DNA of 10,146 nt. Source: Candidatus Hermodarchaeota archaeon (GTDB taxonomy: Archaea; Asgardarchaeota; Hermodarchaeia; Hermodarchaeales; Hermodarchaeaceae). Below are positions 1 through 8,023 of the stretch, one piece after another. The notes beneath the pieces are model-generated. The model did not search any database. It was not told the origin of the DNA and was given only the letters and a program-made list of their open reading frames with translations. Within the stretch, counting starts at the first letter, position 1. Every line of letters starts with the position of its first letter. Where the stretch lies: NCBI GenBank assembly GCA_016840065.1, contig JAEOTB010000024.1, forward strand, positions 1 through 10,146. Direction: 5' to 3'. The translations under genes and the position numbers were made by a program.

Positions 1-158
1 AGCTCTTCTTCTCCATGCGATGGGTTACGGATTTTTGAGAAATGAAAGTACATATCCGACGATCCGGGAAAATAGTGCAAAATGTGGGGGATGTATCTTA
101 TAGCTAGTCCTACAAAGAGTACAAGTGCCAGAGTCAGAACTTCGGTAATGAAATCCAT
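1..158 (-). CDS. N-terminal fragment of a membrane protein, probably a GT-C-type glycosyltransferase-like protein (runs off the window edge)
   Basis: Manual translation from ATG at 158 gives MDFITEVLTLALVLFVGLAIRYIPHILHYFPGSSDMYFHFSKIRNPSHGEEE, open to base 1. One TM helix ends in R and is followed by a P-G-x-x-D-x-Y-F-H segment, resembling the first external loop of GT-C enzymes. The gene is divergent from a flippase. It is not in the ORF track. Confidence 0.6.
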   Translation of the reverse strand, partial: MDFITEVLTLALVLFVGLAIRYIPHILHYFPGSSDMYFHFSKIRNPSHGEEE

Positions 159-268
159 TGTAACTCATCTACATTAATCACTAAATATCAGAAAGTGTAT
201 TAGCTAAAGATTCTATTCATTATTCGATACCTCTTTAACAACATATCTTGTTGAACTGGTGACTACAC

Positions 269-1855
269 ATGACAAATCCCACAAAGGCGCCTTCACCAGG
301 TTACAAACAGAGAGTAATTCGTGGCAGCATATTCATGACACTAAGCCCAGTCGCTGCGCTCTTTTTGGGTATTATCATCAGCGTGTTAATAAACGATTAT
401 ATTCCAACTGACAGCTACGGTATCTTCTCATGGTTCAGCAGCATATTTTCTATTTTTGTGAATATAATACCCTTTCAAATCTATGGCGCGATATCACGTT
501 ACTTAGCAGTTGCAAAGGGTAGTAAAGATCAAGACAAGGTTGATAACCTTCTCAAGACCAACACCATTTTGTCTCTCATAATCGTTCCCTTGAGCGGTTT
601 GTCTGTGCTTATTGTAACTCCCTTCATCTTCAATGGTGTAGGAATAGGGGGACAATACGACTTTCTTGATGTTGTGTTATTAGCGATTGGTGTAATGGGT
701 TTCACGCTATCTAGTTTCTCAATAGGTCCTATGATGGCTTTTCAGAAATTTGAAAGAGTCGGTATAATTCGTTTTTTAACAAATACCTTGGGTCAAGTCG
801 CGGTAATCCTAATGATAGTTTTTGGGTTAGGAATTCGCGCACTTCTACTCAAATGGTTTATCGTGGGGATTTTAACAGCCATACTTTTCACTATCGTCTT
901 TAGGAAGATGTGGTCTCTTAAGGGTAAGATTTACTCACTACGAACCCTGTATAGTTATTCAGCTCCCGGGATTCTCGCGTTCATTTTTGCCTACCTATTT
1001 CAAGAATTTCTGATTAGGTACATCTTCCAATCTTTCAGTGCAGACCCTCTAGGGCACTACGAGTTTGCATTTCGGTTATTCACTTTTGTAAATGCACTCA
1101 CAATTGGGTTTTATAGTGCTTTATCTTCTTTTTATGCTGATGCAGTGGGGCGAGGAGATACTGTTGCTCTTGAACATGAAGTTCGATGGACAATGAAGAT
1201 TTCCTTCTTTGTTTTTCTCCCAATAATCATGGGTGTCATGGCTTCCTCGCCATCAATCTTCCTCCTTCTCTTCGAGAATTATTACCGGTCGTATCTATAT
1301 TTCTTAATCTTACTTTTCGGTATCTTCTTGTCGATGTTTGGTCAACCCCCTAATATAATTCTGAATGCAGTTGCCAAACCCCACCTTGTTCTACTGTCCT
1401 CAGTAATTTCTTCTATTATTAGTGGAATTTTGATGATTCTAGCATTATATTACGGGCTGCTCTTCGTAACGGCGGAGTACTTCTCGACGGTGTTATTACT
1501 AGTGGTAGCAGCGTACATCTCACATAGGCTCTTCGTTTCGGTGCTAAGTGGTTTCTTGGTGAAACGGAGAGTAGGTATCAATCTTGGTATACGCCAAGTA
1601 CTACCTTTGGTTGCCATCGCGGTTGGTATGTTAATTCCTGCTGTGATAATTCACTTCCTCCGCATGCCTGCACTTCTCGAATTGATATGGGTCCTTGCTG
1701 TTTGCACGTTAACCTACTTGATACCAATCAGGCTCTTTGGGATTGTCTCTAGGGATGAGATTCAAAAGGCAACTTTGTTTATGCCTAGGAGACTAGCTAT
1801 TCCTATGGCTAATGCATTGATTTGGATTTTTGTAAAGAAGGAAAGAAATGAATAG
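269..1855 (+). CDS. Oligosaccharide flippase / polysaccharide biosynthesis protein (Wzx/MATE-like MOP superfamily)
   Basis: 528 aa with about 13-14 hydrophobic segments. Flippase-like segments are 'YGIFSWFSSI', 'AISRYLA', 'LGHYEFAFRL' and 'ILNAVAKP'. Confidence 0.85.
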   Translation: MTNPTKAPSPGYKQRVIRGSIFMTLSPVAALFLGIIISVLINDYIPTDSYGIFSWFSSIFSIFVNIIPFQIYGAISRYLAVAKGSKDQDKVDNLLKTNTILSLIIVPLSGLSVLIVTPFIFNGVGIGGQYDFLDVVLLAIGVMGFTLSSFSIGPMMAFQKFERVGIIRFLTNTLGQVAVILMIVFGLGIRALLLKWFIVGILTAILFTIVFRKMWSLKGKIYSLRTLYSYSAPGILAFIFAYLFQEFLIRYIFQSFSADPLGHYEFAFRLFTFVNALTIGFYSALSSFYADAVGRGDTVALEHEVRWTMKISFFVFLPIIMGVMASSPSIFLLLFENYYRSYLYFLILLFGIFLSMFGQPPNIILNAVAKPHLVLLSSVISSIISGILMILALYYGLLFVTAEYFSTVLLLVVAAYISHRLFVSVLSGFLVKRRVGINLGIRQVLPLVAIAVGMLIPAVIIHFLRMPALLELIWVLAVCTLTYLIPIRLFGIVSRDEIQKATLFMPRRLAIPMANALIWIFVKKERNE

Positions 1856-1883
1856 TCCAAAGGTATTATCTTAGACTGAAAGG

Positions 1884-2594
1884 TTGGTGATTCAATCGAA
1901 GGTTTTCGCAGCGGGGAGGCCGTTCTTAAGCACAATAGATTGGCCATCAACAGTGTGTTGTGTCGTTTTCTTCGTAGGCTGTAATTTTCGATGTCGCTTC
2001 TGCTTCAACGCCCCAATTCTCGAATTTGACGACAAATATCTCTGTAATATAACGAAGGTCACAACAGAACTCACCAAGCAGAGCTATCTCGTTGAAGGCG
2101 TAATTGTAACCGGTGGTGAGCCTACCCTCCAGCCTGAACCACTAACTACTATAGCTGAATGGGCCCGAGAAAACAGCCTTCTTTTTGGTCTTATGACCAA
2201 TGGCACTAACTCTAGAATTCTTCGTAAATTCCTGAGGCTTCAGCTCTTAGACTTTGTAGCCCTAGATATCAAGACAGTTCCACTAATCGAAGAATACGTA
2301 AAAATAACTCAAAATAAAAGAACAAGCTTGGTACAAATCAAGGAAACTGTTGCGTTGCTAAAGAAGAGTAGTATTCAATACGAATTCCGAACCACACTAG
2401 TACCTCAATTAGTGTACAAACCTGAGGAAATCCGACAAATCTCAGATTGGGTTGGAGCAGACCACTTCATTCTGCAAATATTCCGTCCTTCCGAAACAGT
2501 ATTGGATCCTGCTCTACGGCAGGTGTCTTTTAGTGAAGAGGAACTATCTTTAATCCGCGAAGTAGGAAAACAACTAGGTATCCGTATCCGTTGA
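1884..2594 (+). CDS. nrdG: Anaerobic ribonucleoside-triphosphate reductase activating protein (radical SAM, glycyl-radical activase)
   Basis: Contains 'STIDWP', the CxxxCxxC motif 'GCNFRCRFCFN', 'TGGEPTLQ', 'TNG', 'ALDIK' and 'YEFRTTLVP'. nrdD lies in the same window. The start is TTG 1884 or GTG 1887. Confidence 0.9.
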   Translation: MVIQSKVFAAGRPFLSTIDWPSTVCCVVFFVGCNFRCRFCFNAPILEFDDKYLCNITKVTTELTKQSYLVEGVIVTGGEPTLQPEPLTTIAEWARENSLLFGLMTNGTNSRILRKFLRLQLLDFVALDIKTVPLIEEYVKITQNKRTSLVQIKETVALLKKSSIQYEFRTTLVPQLVYKPEEIRQISDWVGADHFILQIFRPSETVLDPALRQVSFSEEELSLIREVGKQLGIRIR

Positions 2595-2621
2595 ATTCCT
2601 AAATAATCTGACCCCTTCAAG

Positions 2622-3038
2622 GTGTATGACTTGACTACTTGGCATGTTAGGCTCGCTGAAGGACCATCACGAACGTTTCTCGACCTTCATTCACTTAGTG
2701 GTCAATATTACCAACTGAATCCCAGCTTCATTGGGAAGCTGCAGATGCTCATCCGAGAGCAAGGAGCCTACAAAGCGAGGTATGGTCTCATTCTTTCAGT
2801 AAAAGAATCGTCGAAGGTTCAACTCACAGCACCTTTTATTTTACTTCTAGTAACTCATACAAATTTTACGGCTAGCTTTCTAGGTAACCTTGACGAAACT
2901 GGCGGTGGATCTATTGTCGGTGTTTGGCCGCAACAGATGAAAGGTCTACTCAGTTCTGATTCTCAAGCAATACTAACTCTGTTGTTCATCATTACTGAAC
3001 GACCAGAAGTTGTGCAGTCACTTCATATCTTATTCTAG
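2622..3038 (+). CDS. Hypothetical protein (~135-138 aa)
   Basis: The ORF fills the gap 27 nt after nrdG. AAGGTG at 2619-2624 could act as SD for an alternative TTG start at 2631. No recognised motif. Confidence 0.7.
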   Translation: MYDLTTWHVRLAEGPSRTFLDLHSLSGQYYQLNPSFIGKLQMLIREQGAYKARYGLILSVKESSKVQLTAPFILLLVTHTNFTASFLGNLDETGGGSIVGVWPQQMKGLLSSDSQAILTLLFIITERPEVVQSLHILF

Positions 3039-3115
3039 CCATAATAACTTCTCAAGATAAACATAGGTATTTTTAAAGGAAAGAAGCTGGACTACTCGTT
3101 GGAGACTGACGGCTC

Positions 3116-3766
3116 GTGCTGAGAACTAGTTCGCTACACTTAACCGGCGAAGACGAATCTGGTGTTATCCAGATAATCGCTGTGCGTCAACAGCACAACA
3201 GATCAGGTTATGTGATAACACTTCTGGACGCAGAAAGTATGGGTGAAACGAGGGTAAAGTTTAGGAAGCGCCAGTTCTCATACCTTTTAGAGGGAACGAC
3301 ATCAGTGGATGTGAAAAGAGGAAACTGGCTTCTCGGACCCCGAGATGAACTTGGGTTTATTCTAGATGTGAAGCGAATAATTTCCAAGACGAAAGAACGG
3401 AACACTTCAACGCGTGTAGAGCTCCGCGTTCGCTTCAATGAAACTGGCGAAATTCGCATAAGGGAGAACTGGCGTATTTTTTTGGGAAGACCTCTTACCC
3501 AACGCCTCTTGAAAATGTGGCAGAAGCGAATGACCGAGAATGCCCAGCAATATTTCTTTCAAGTTCTTCCTTTCGCAATTGACGATGTATTGCACAAACC
3601 TACTTCAGGAATCGACGGGGAACAAATCCAAACGATTCGAAGTATTCAGACACAAATTCTCAAACGAGCGATACGGCTAGCTGAAGCTCAGCAAATAATC
3701 AGGTTGACAAGCACACAGCTAATTCGAGCAACACGAGAAGTTCTGGAATCTACACCGAAGATTTGA
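3116..3766 (+). CDS. Hypothetical basic protein with a beta-rich N-terminal region and a helical C-terminal domain
   Basis: 216-aa ORF with a GTG start, GGAGA at 3101-3105 and a TATA-like TTTTTAAA at 3070-3077. Confidence 0.75.
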   Translation: MLRTSSLHLTGEDESGVIQIIAVRQQHNRSGYVITLLDAESMGETRVKFRKRQFSYLLEGTTSVDVKRGNWLLGPRDELGFILDVKRIISKTKERNTSTRVELRVRFNETGEIRIRENWRIFLGRPLTQRLLKMWQKRMTENAQQYFFQVLPFAIDDVLHKPTSGIDGEQIQTIRSIQTQILKRAIRLAEAQQIIRLTSTQLIRATREVLESTPKI

Positions 3767-3773
3767 GGGAGTT

Positions 3774-3788
3774 CGAAAAGTTTAAGAG
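3774..3788 (+). promoter_or_regulatory. Archaeal BRE-TATA promoter for the TFS/RpoM-like gene
   Basis: CGAAAAG followed directly by TTTAAGAG matches a purine-rich BRE plus TATA box, about 35-50 nt upstream of the start. Confidence 0.65.
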
Positions 3789-3820
3789 CGCGTACCCTTC
3801 GGCAAACGCAACAACTAACT

Positions 3821-4102
3821 TTGGGGCTGTTAACAATAAAATTTTGCCCAAAATGCTCTAACCTTCTGACTCCAGTAAAAGACAAGGCAGGCAAGTTTTC
3901 CCTTCGGTGTTCATGTGGCTTTAAGACTAAGGCTAAAACTACCAAAGAATACATTATCCGTTTTCCGATTAAACACTCTCAGCGGGATTTCGTTGAGGTC
4001 CTCGAGGAGGGCTCTAGGCTCAAACGTCAATCAAGAAAGGTTGACGAAGATGAAAGACAAGAACAGCTTGAGCTTCTACTTGATCACTATCCAGAAGATT
4101 GA
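3821..4102 (+). CDS. RNA polymerase subunit M / transcription factor S-like protein with only the N-terminal zinc ribbon
   Basis: 'KFCPKCSNLL...LRCSCGF' is the RpoM/TFS/Rpb9 N-terminal zinc ribbon. There is no second ribbon and the C-terminus is acidic. Confidence 0.8.
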   Translation: MGLLTIKFCPKCSNLLTPVKDKAGKFSLRCSCGFKTKAKTTKEYIIRFPIKHSQRDFVEVLEEGSRLKRQSRKVDEDERQEQLELLLDHYPED

Positions 4103-4184
4103 GCTAAACCCAATTCATAATCCCCTGTTTTAATACAAGGGTTCGATTACCAAAGAATCTACGTTAGAGTATTTCTAGAAGTGT

Positions 4185-4967
4185 TCACACGTAGAAGGGA
4201 ATGGGTCTGAATCCGTGTTCTTCTGTCTGCCGCTCTTCTCTTCGAGACTGTTCTGCTAAAGGATTTAGTTGGGCTTTGATGGCTGATTGATTCTGAATAA
4301 GCGACTGAATACTAACGTCAATGTTTAGAAATCGGTTAAGAGTACTCACCATACTCGCTGCTGCTCCTGGGTCAGGTGAATTCGCCAAAGCTTGTACCAT
4401 TAAGCAATACCCTTGTAACTTTCTTATGAGACACTCATTCAAAAGAGCACCAGCAATGCCCGCTACAAGCCCTTTCTGAACCTTCGGTATTTTGTGCTTT
4501 TCTAGACTTTTTATTAGATGGGGCTCTGCTGCTCCAAAAACCACGGGTCTTTTATCCCGTCTTTTAACTGCAACACCTTCCAAACACACAACCTTTCTCA
4601 CTCCCTTTTCTGCCGCCCAATCAAGAATCTTGTTTGCTACGAAGAAGATGGTTTCGAGGGGTAAGGCGACCTCCGAAATTGCCGTTATGAACTTCCCATC
4701 TTTACTTGCACAAATACGGAGAGGTAAACGCATTTGTCCACCTAGAAAAGGAGTGACTGGTGGTATTAGAGGCGATCGAATCGCTGCAATGAGCTTCATA
4801 TCCATTGCTTCTATCACGCGTCCAGTTGCAATGACCCCTACAAGTCCTGGACCAGGAAATCCAACTATCAGAATCGGATTTTTTGCTAATTCGATTTTGT
4901 GTCCAGTAGGTACAATTTGAATGAAAGGTTCTTCAAAACTTCGTGCTCTACTTTTTTGCTTCGACAA
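4185..4967 (-). CDS. PAC2-family proteasome assembly chaperone (PbaA/PbaB-like) with a C-terminal HbYX motif
   Basis: Contains 'ILIVGFPGPGLVGVIA', 'PLRI', 'GIAGALL' and 'PDPGAAA', and ends in F-Y-V. SD AAGGTGA precedes the TTG start. Confidence 0.92.
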   Translation of the reverse strand: MSKQKSRARSFEEPFIQIVPTGHKIELAKNPILIVGFPGPGLVGVIATGRVIEAMDMKLIAAIRSPLIPPVTPFLGGQMRLPLRICASKDGKFITAISEVALPLETIFFVANKILDWAAEKGVRKVVCLEGVAVKRRDKRPVVFGAAEPHLIKSLEKHKIPKVQKGLVAGIAGALLNECLIRKLQGYCLMVQALANSPDPGAAASMVSTLNRFLNIDVSIQSLIQNQSAIKAQLNPLAEQSRREERQTEEHGFRPIPFYV

Positions 4968-5007
4968 TTGGTATCACCTTTTATTTCAATAACAGCGTTT
5001 CAATTCC

Positions 5008-5024
5008 GATAAATAAGGATTCTT
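5008..5024 (-). promoter_or_regulatory. Putative BRE-TATA promoter for the PAC2 gene
   Basis: Minus strand reads AAGAATC-CTTATTTATC, about 40 nt upstream of the TTG start. Confidence 0.45.
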
Positions 5025-5070
5025 GAGCATCAATTAACAATCACAAATAAGGCATTTGCGGGTCTATAGA

Positions 5071-5343
5071 TTATCCTCTCATCTCTTCTAACCATGCCTT
5101 TATCCGAGCATCTTCATAGTCACAATTTGGACATTTTGCTCTCATCACACGTACATTTGTGATGTTTACTCTTGTTAGTAGTCCACGGCATTCAGGGCAC
5201 ACGAAGTGTTTTTCGCCGCATCCTTCGCATTGGCGAACTTTGCCTTCAGCAGTCCAGGGAATAGATCTTCGCATCCAAGCGTCTGTTACTAACTTGAATA
5301 TGGTACTAGAGCACTTCATACATTGTTTTTCTCTGCTTGACAA
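5071..5343 (-). CDS. Small zinc-ribbon protein with four CxxC motifs
   Basis: 90 aa with CMKC, CEGC, CPEC and CPNC. TTG start, directly downstream of nrdD on the same strand. Confidence 0.8.
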   Translation of the reverse strand: MSSREKQCMKCSSTIFKLVTDAWMRRSIPWTAEGKVRQCEGCGEKHFVCPECRGLLTRVNITNVRVMRAKCPNCDYEDARIKAWLEEMRG

Positions 5344-5421
5344 GTGTCTTCCATCCTTGATGTAATCAACAACTGATTGTTTACCTAATTATTTTTTGGT
5401 GGTGTGATTTAATTTGAAATC

Positions 5422-7770
5422 CTATGGGGCTTGGACTTCATCAGCCTCACTAACATGCTCCGATTCGACGGCTGAAGGTTTGTACAGACTAACAATTGAG
5501 GAAAGGGAAGAACCGATATGGCGATGTCGCCGCTGCAGTTCCTGTCGCTTTCCCTCATTCCATCCTTCCACATTCTGATAATATCCAGTGATTCTCGAAA
5601 ACCAGTTAATACTTCCACTACCGCATCGTGGACATAAATCCAGCAATCCACCTGTTGTGGTATTACAATTCTTGCAAACACTGAGATCACGTGTGTAGCT
5701 GTAATAACCGAGTTGTGAATTCATAGCAATCCTTGCGTTCAGCTTAGCTAATGCCTCAGCATCTGGGGCTGCTTCACCTAAAAACACGTGAAATATGTTT
5801 CCTCCACTTAGAAGTGGGAATGCCTTCTCTTCTATAGAGATTTTTTCTGCAAGAGATATTTGTGCATCATAATGGAGCATGAATCCATTTGTGTAGTAAA
5901 CAGGTACCTGGGTTCGCCCACCTGTTTCTAACCTCTGACGCCAATTAGTGATATCTCCTTTTACTATAGCAGCTGCTTGGTCATTGTGGTGCAATAAATC
6001 TAGAATCGCTAGACGGGTCGAACAGGACTCAGCTGGGGTTCGAGCCACAGCAAAGGGTAAGCCTGTTTGAACTGCAAATTCACCTTTAATCTTCTCCATT
6101 TCAGCAAGGACACGCAGCCCAAAACGTACAGCATCTCGGCTTTCGTGGAGCTGCAAGCCAAGATGTTGTTGAACCATTTCATTAGCGCCGACGAAACCAA
6201 TAACTGGTGACATCTTTGCGATATCAAATAACATCGGAGCGGTTCCACCATTAACGCGTGGCTGCTGCATCAAGAAGGGTAGCATCCCATTCTTCATCTG
6301 GCGACCAATAAACTGTTGCTTGAGTTCTAAAACCTGCTTTGCCCGTTCCATCGCCTTTCGCATATTCTCTAGAAGAGTGGCATCATCACCCTTTGAGATA
6401 TAGGCAAGGCGGGGCAAATTTATTGTAACAACTTGGAGCCCTCCCATCGAGAAGTGGGCGCCCTCCTCAAACATTACCTTGCGCATAAGCTCCTCATCAT
6501 CAAGATTTTCCGTAAGTCGGAACGCGCAACATTGATAACAGTCGACCCCTTCCTCCCCACGCCAGGAAGGAATGACATTGTCGAAGTAGCTGCTACCGAA
6601 CTTTGCTGACAGTTTTGCTGCTAGGAACATTGCTTTCTCGTATTCGCTTTTTGTTAGGTAATCACGGCGCAAACGTATTTCGGGTTTAGGGAAGCTGAAC
6701 ATTTTGCCCATGGCGTCGCCTTGGCAGTACTGTTCTAGAATGGACTCCATGAAAATCCGTGCTTCATCTGCGTAGTCTCCGTATGTGTCTGGACCAACCT
6801 TTCCTCGGTAGACAACAGGTGCGTCTTGCCATATTTTCGGGATGCCTGCCTCAAGTTGAATTGAGGAGAAAACAAGTTGTCCACCTCTACTTACGTAGGT
6901 CTCATTCGCTTCAAAGAGAATTGTTTGTGCAACTTGTTTAATTTCATGTTCGGAAAGCCCGCGGAGGTATGGGGCCATGAATACGTTGAAATTAAAGAGA
7001 CCTTGCCCTCCTGCGCAATTCGTTTGCCCCGCTGCGAGGACCTTAATTAAGTGCAAAACAGCTACTGTCGCGTGGCTAGCTGGTTTAGCAACCGCGGTTC
7101 TTTCACCAGTTCCATCGCACATCAAGCCATACTTAAAGAAATATCTGGCGTCATAATCTGCACAGAAGGGTCGTGTGCCAAAGTACTCAAGATCATGAAT
7201 GTGAATATCACCTGCCAAATGTGCGTCTGCAATCTCGGGGGGAAGCATTAGGAGATATGCTTCTTTACAAAGTTTGTCTGCGATTTTCTTATGGAGAGTC
7301 TCTGGATTGGCCTGCATGTTGGCGTTTTCTCGCGCCTCATATCCGCCGCCTCCGATGATGCGACTAAAATCAAATAGAGGCATTCCAACACGAGTAAGTG
7401 CGTTACGGTACACAGCATATTTGGGGCTGGTTTTCGCCTTTTCCAAGATGACTTGGTTTTGCACCTCTCGAATCAAAGGCGCGCTTATGAAGGGGAGTTG
7501 CATCTGCTGAATTCGTTGCTCTACCTCGGTCGCGATGTGTCTTGCTTCTTCGATGGGCATTGATGGAATACCGAAGAGTTCCTGGCAAAGTTTTGTTTCT
7601 CGGACTAGTGCTTCAGCTATGCGTTGGCGGTTCCAGCTGAGAATCATGGCATCACTAGTTCTTACTAGTGGAACACCGGACGATTCCTTCCTCACAGCTT
7701 GAACCCATGTGTCAAGCGACACCGAATGACGAGAATGCCTTTTTGAAGTCCGTTTCCTACGCTTCGCCAA
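5422..7770 (-). CDS. nrdD: Anaerobic (class III) ribonucleoside-triphosphate reductase with N-terminal ATP cone
   Basis: Contains an ATP-cone-like 'VRTSD...SAPLIRE', 'AHLAGDIHIHDL', 'FSFPKP', finger loop 'CYQCCAFR', 'TINLPRLA', 'TPAES', 'YYTNG', the zinc site CKNC...CPRC and the glycyl-radical motif 'SRITGYY'. No intein seen. Confidence 0.97.
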   Translation of the reverse strand: MAKRRKRTSKRHSRHSVSLDTWVQAVRKESSGVPLVRTSDAMILSWNRQRIAEALVRETKLCQELFGIPSMPIEEARHIATEVEQRIQQMQLPFISAPLIREVQNQVILEKAKTSPKYAVYRNALTRVGMPLFDFSRIIGGGGYEARENANMQANPETLHKKIADKLCKEAYLLMLPPEIADAHLAGDIHIHDLEYFGTRPFCADYDARYFFKYGLMCDGTGERTAVAKPASHATVAVLHLIKVLAAGQTNCAGGQGLFNFNVFMAPYLRGLSEHEIKQVAQTILFEANETYVSRGGQLVFSSIQLEAGIPKIWQDAPVVYRGKVGPDTYGDYADEARIFMESILEQYCQGDAMGKMFSFPKPEIRLRRDYLTKSEYEKAMFLAAKLSAKFGSSYFDNVIPSWRGEEGVDCYQCCAFRLTENLDDEELMRKVMFEEGAHFSMGGLQVVTINLPRLAYISKGDDATLLENMRKAMERAKQVLELKQQFIGRQMKNGMLPFLMQQPRVNGGTAPMLFDIAKMSPVIGFVGANEMVQQHLGLQLHESRDAVRFGLRVLAEMEKIKGEFAVQTGLPFAVARTPAESCSTRLAILDLLHHNDQAAAIVKGDITNWRQRLETGGRTQVPVYYTNGFMLHYDAQISLAEKISIEEKAFPLLSGGNIFHVFLGEAAPDAEALAKLNARIAMNSQLGYYSYTRDLSVCKNCNTTTGGLLDLCPRCGSGSINWFSRITGYYQNVEGWNEGKRQELQRRHRHIGSSLSSIVSLYKPSAVESEHVSEADEVQAP

Positions 7771-7774
7771 AACC

Positions 7775-8023
7775 TTATCTCCCTAAGAACGATAAAAGAG
7801 AGGCTTCATCCAAATTACCTCTAGGAAACATATCTTGTTGGTGAAGCACTTTATCTCCTGACACCAAAGCAGGGGTTTGATAGATGTCTAACATCAGGGC
7901 ATCGACTCGAGCTTCAGAATCCTCGACCATTCGCACCGTATGTTCAATATTATTCTCAAGGAGGTACTTCTTCAGGACCTCACATTTTGGACAGCTCTCA
8001 GAGGAGTAAACAATACAGCACAT
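7775..8023 (-). CDS. nrdH: NrdH-like glutaredoxin/thioredoxin-fold protein
   Basis: 82 aa with a 'VYSSESCPKCEVLKKYL' CxxC and the cis-Pro motif 'QTPAL'. It ends 4 nt before the nrdD start. Confidence 0.85.
   Translation of the reverse strand: MCCIVYSSESCPKCEVLKKYLLENNIEHTVRMVEDSEARVDALMLDIYQTPALVSGDKVLHQQDMFPRGNLDEASLLSFLGR

Noticed and set aside
4123-4141. Hairpin between the convergent TFS-like and PAC2 genes
   Set aside because: It has only about 6 bp with a bulge, too weak to call a terminator.
5422-7770. Intein or intron in nrdD
   Set aside because: The 782-aa length is normal, the motifs are contiguous, and no intein termini or LAGLIDADG motifs are seen.
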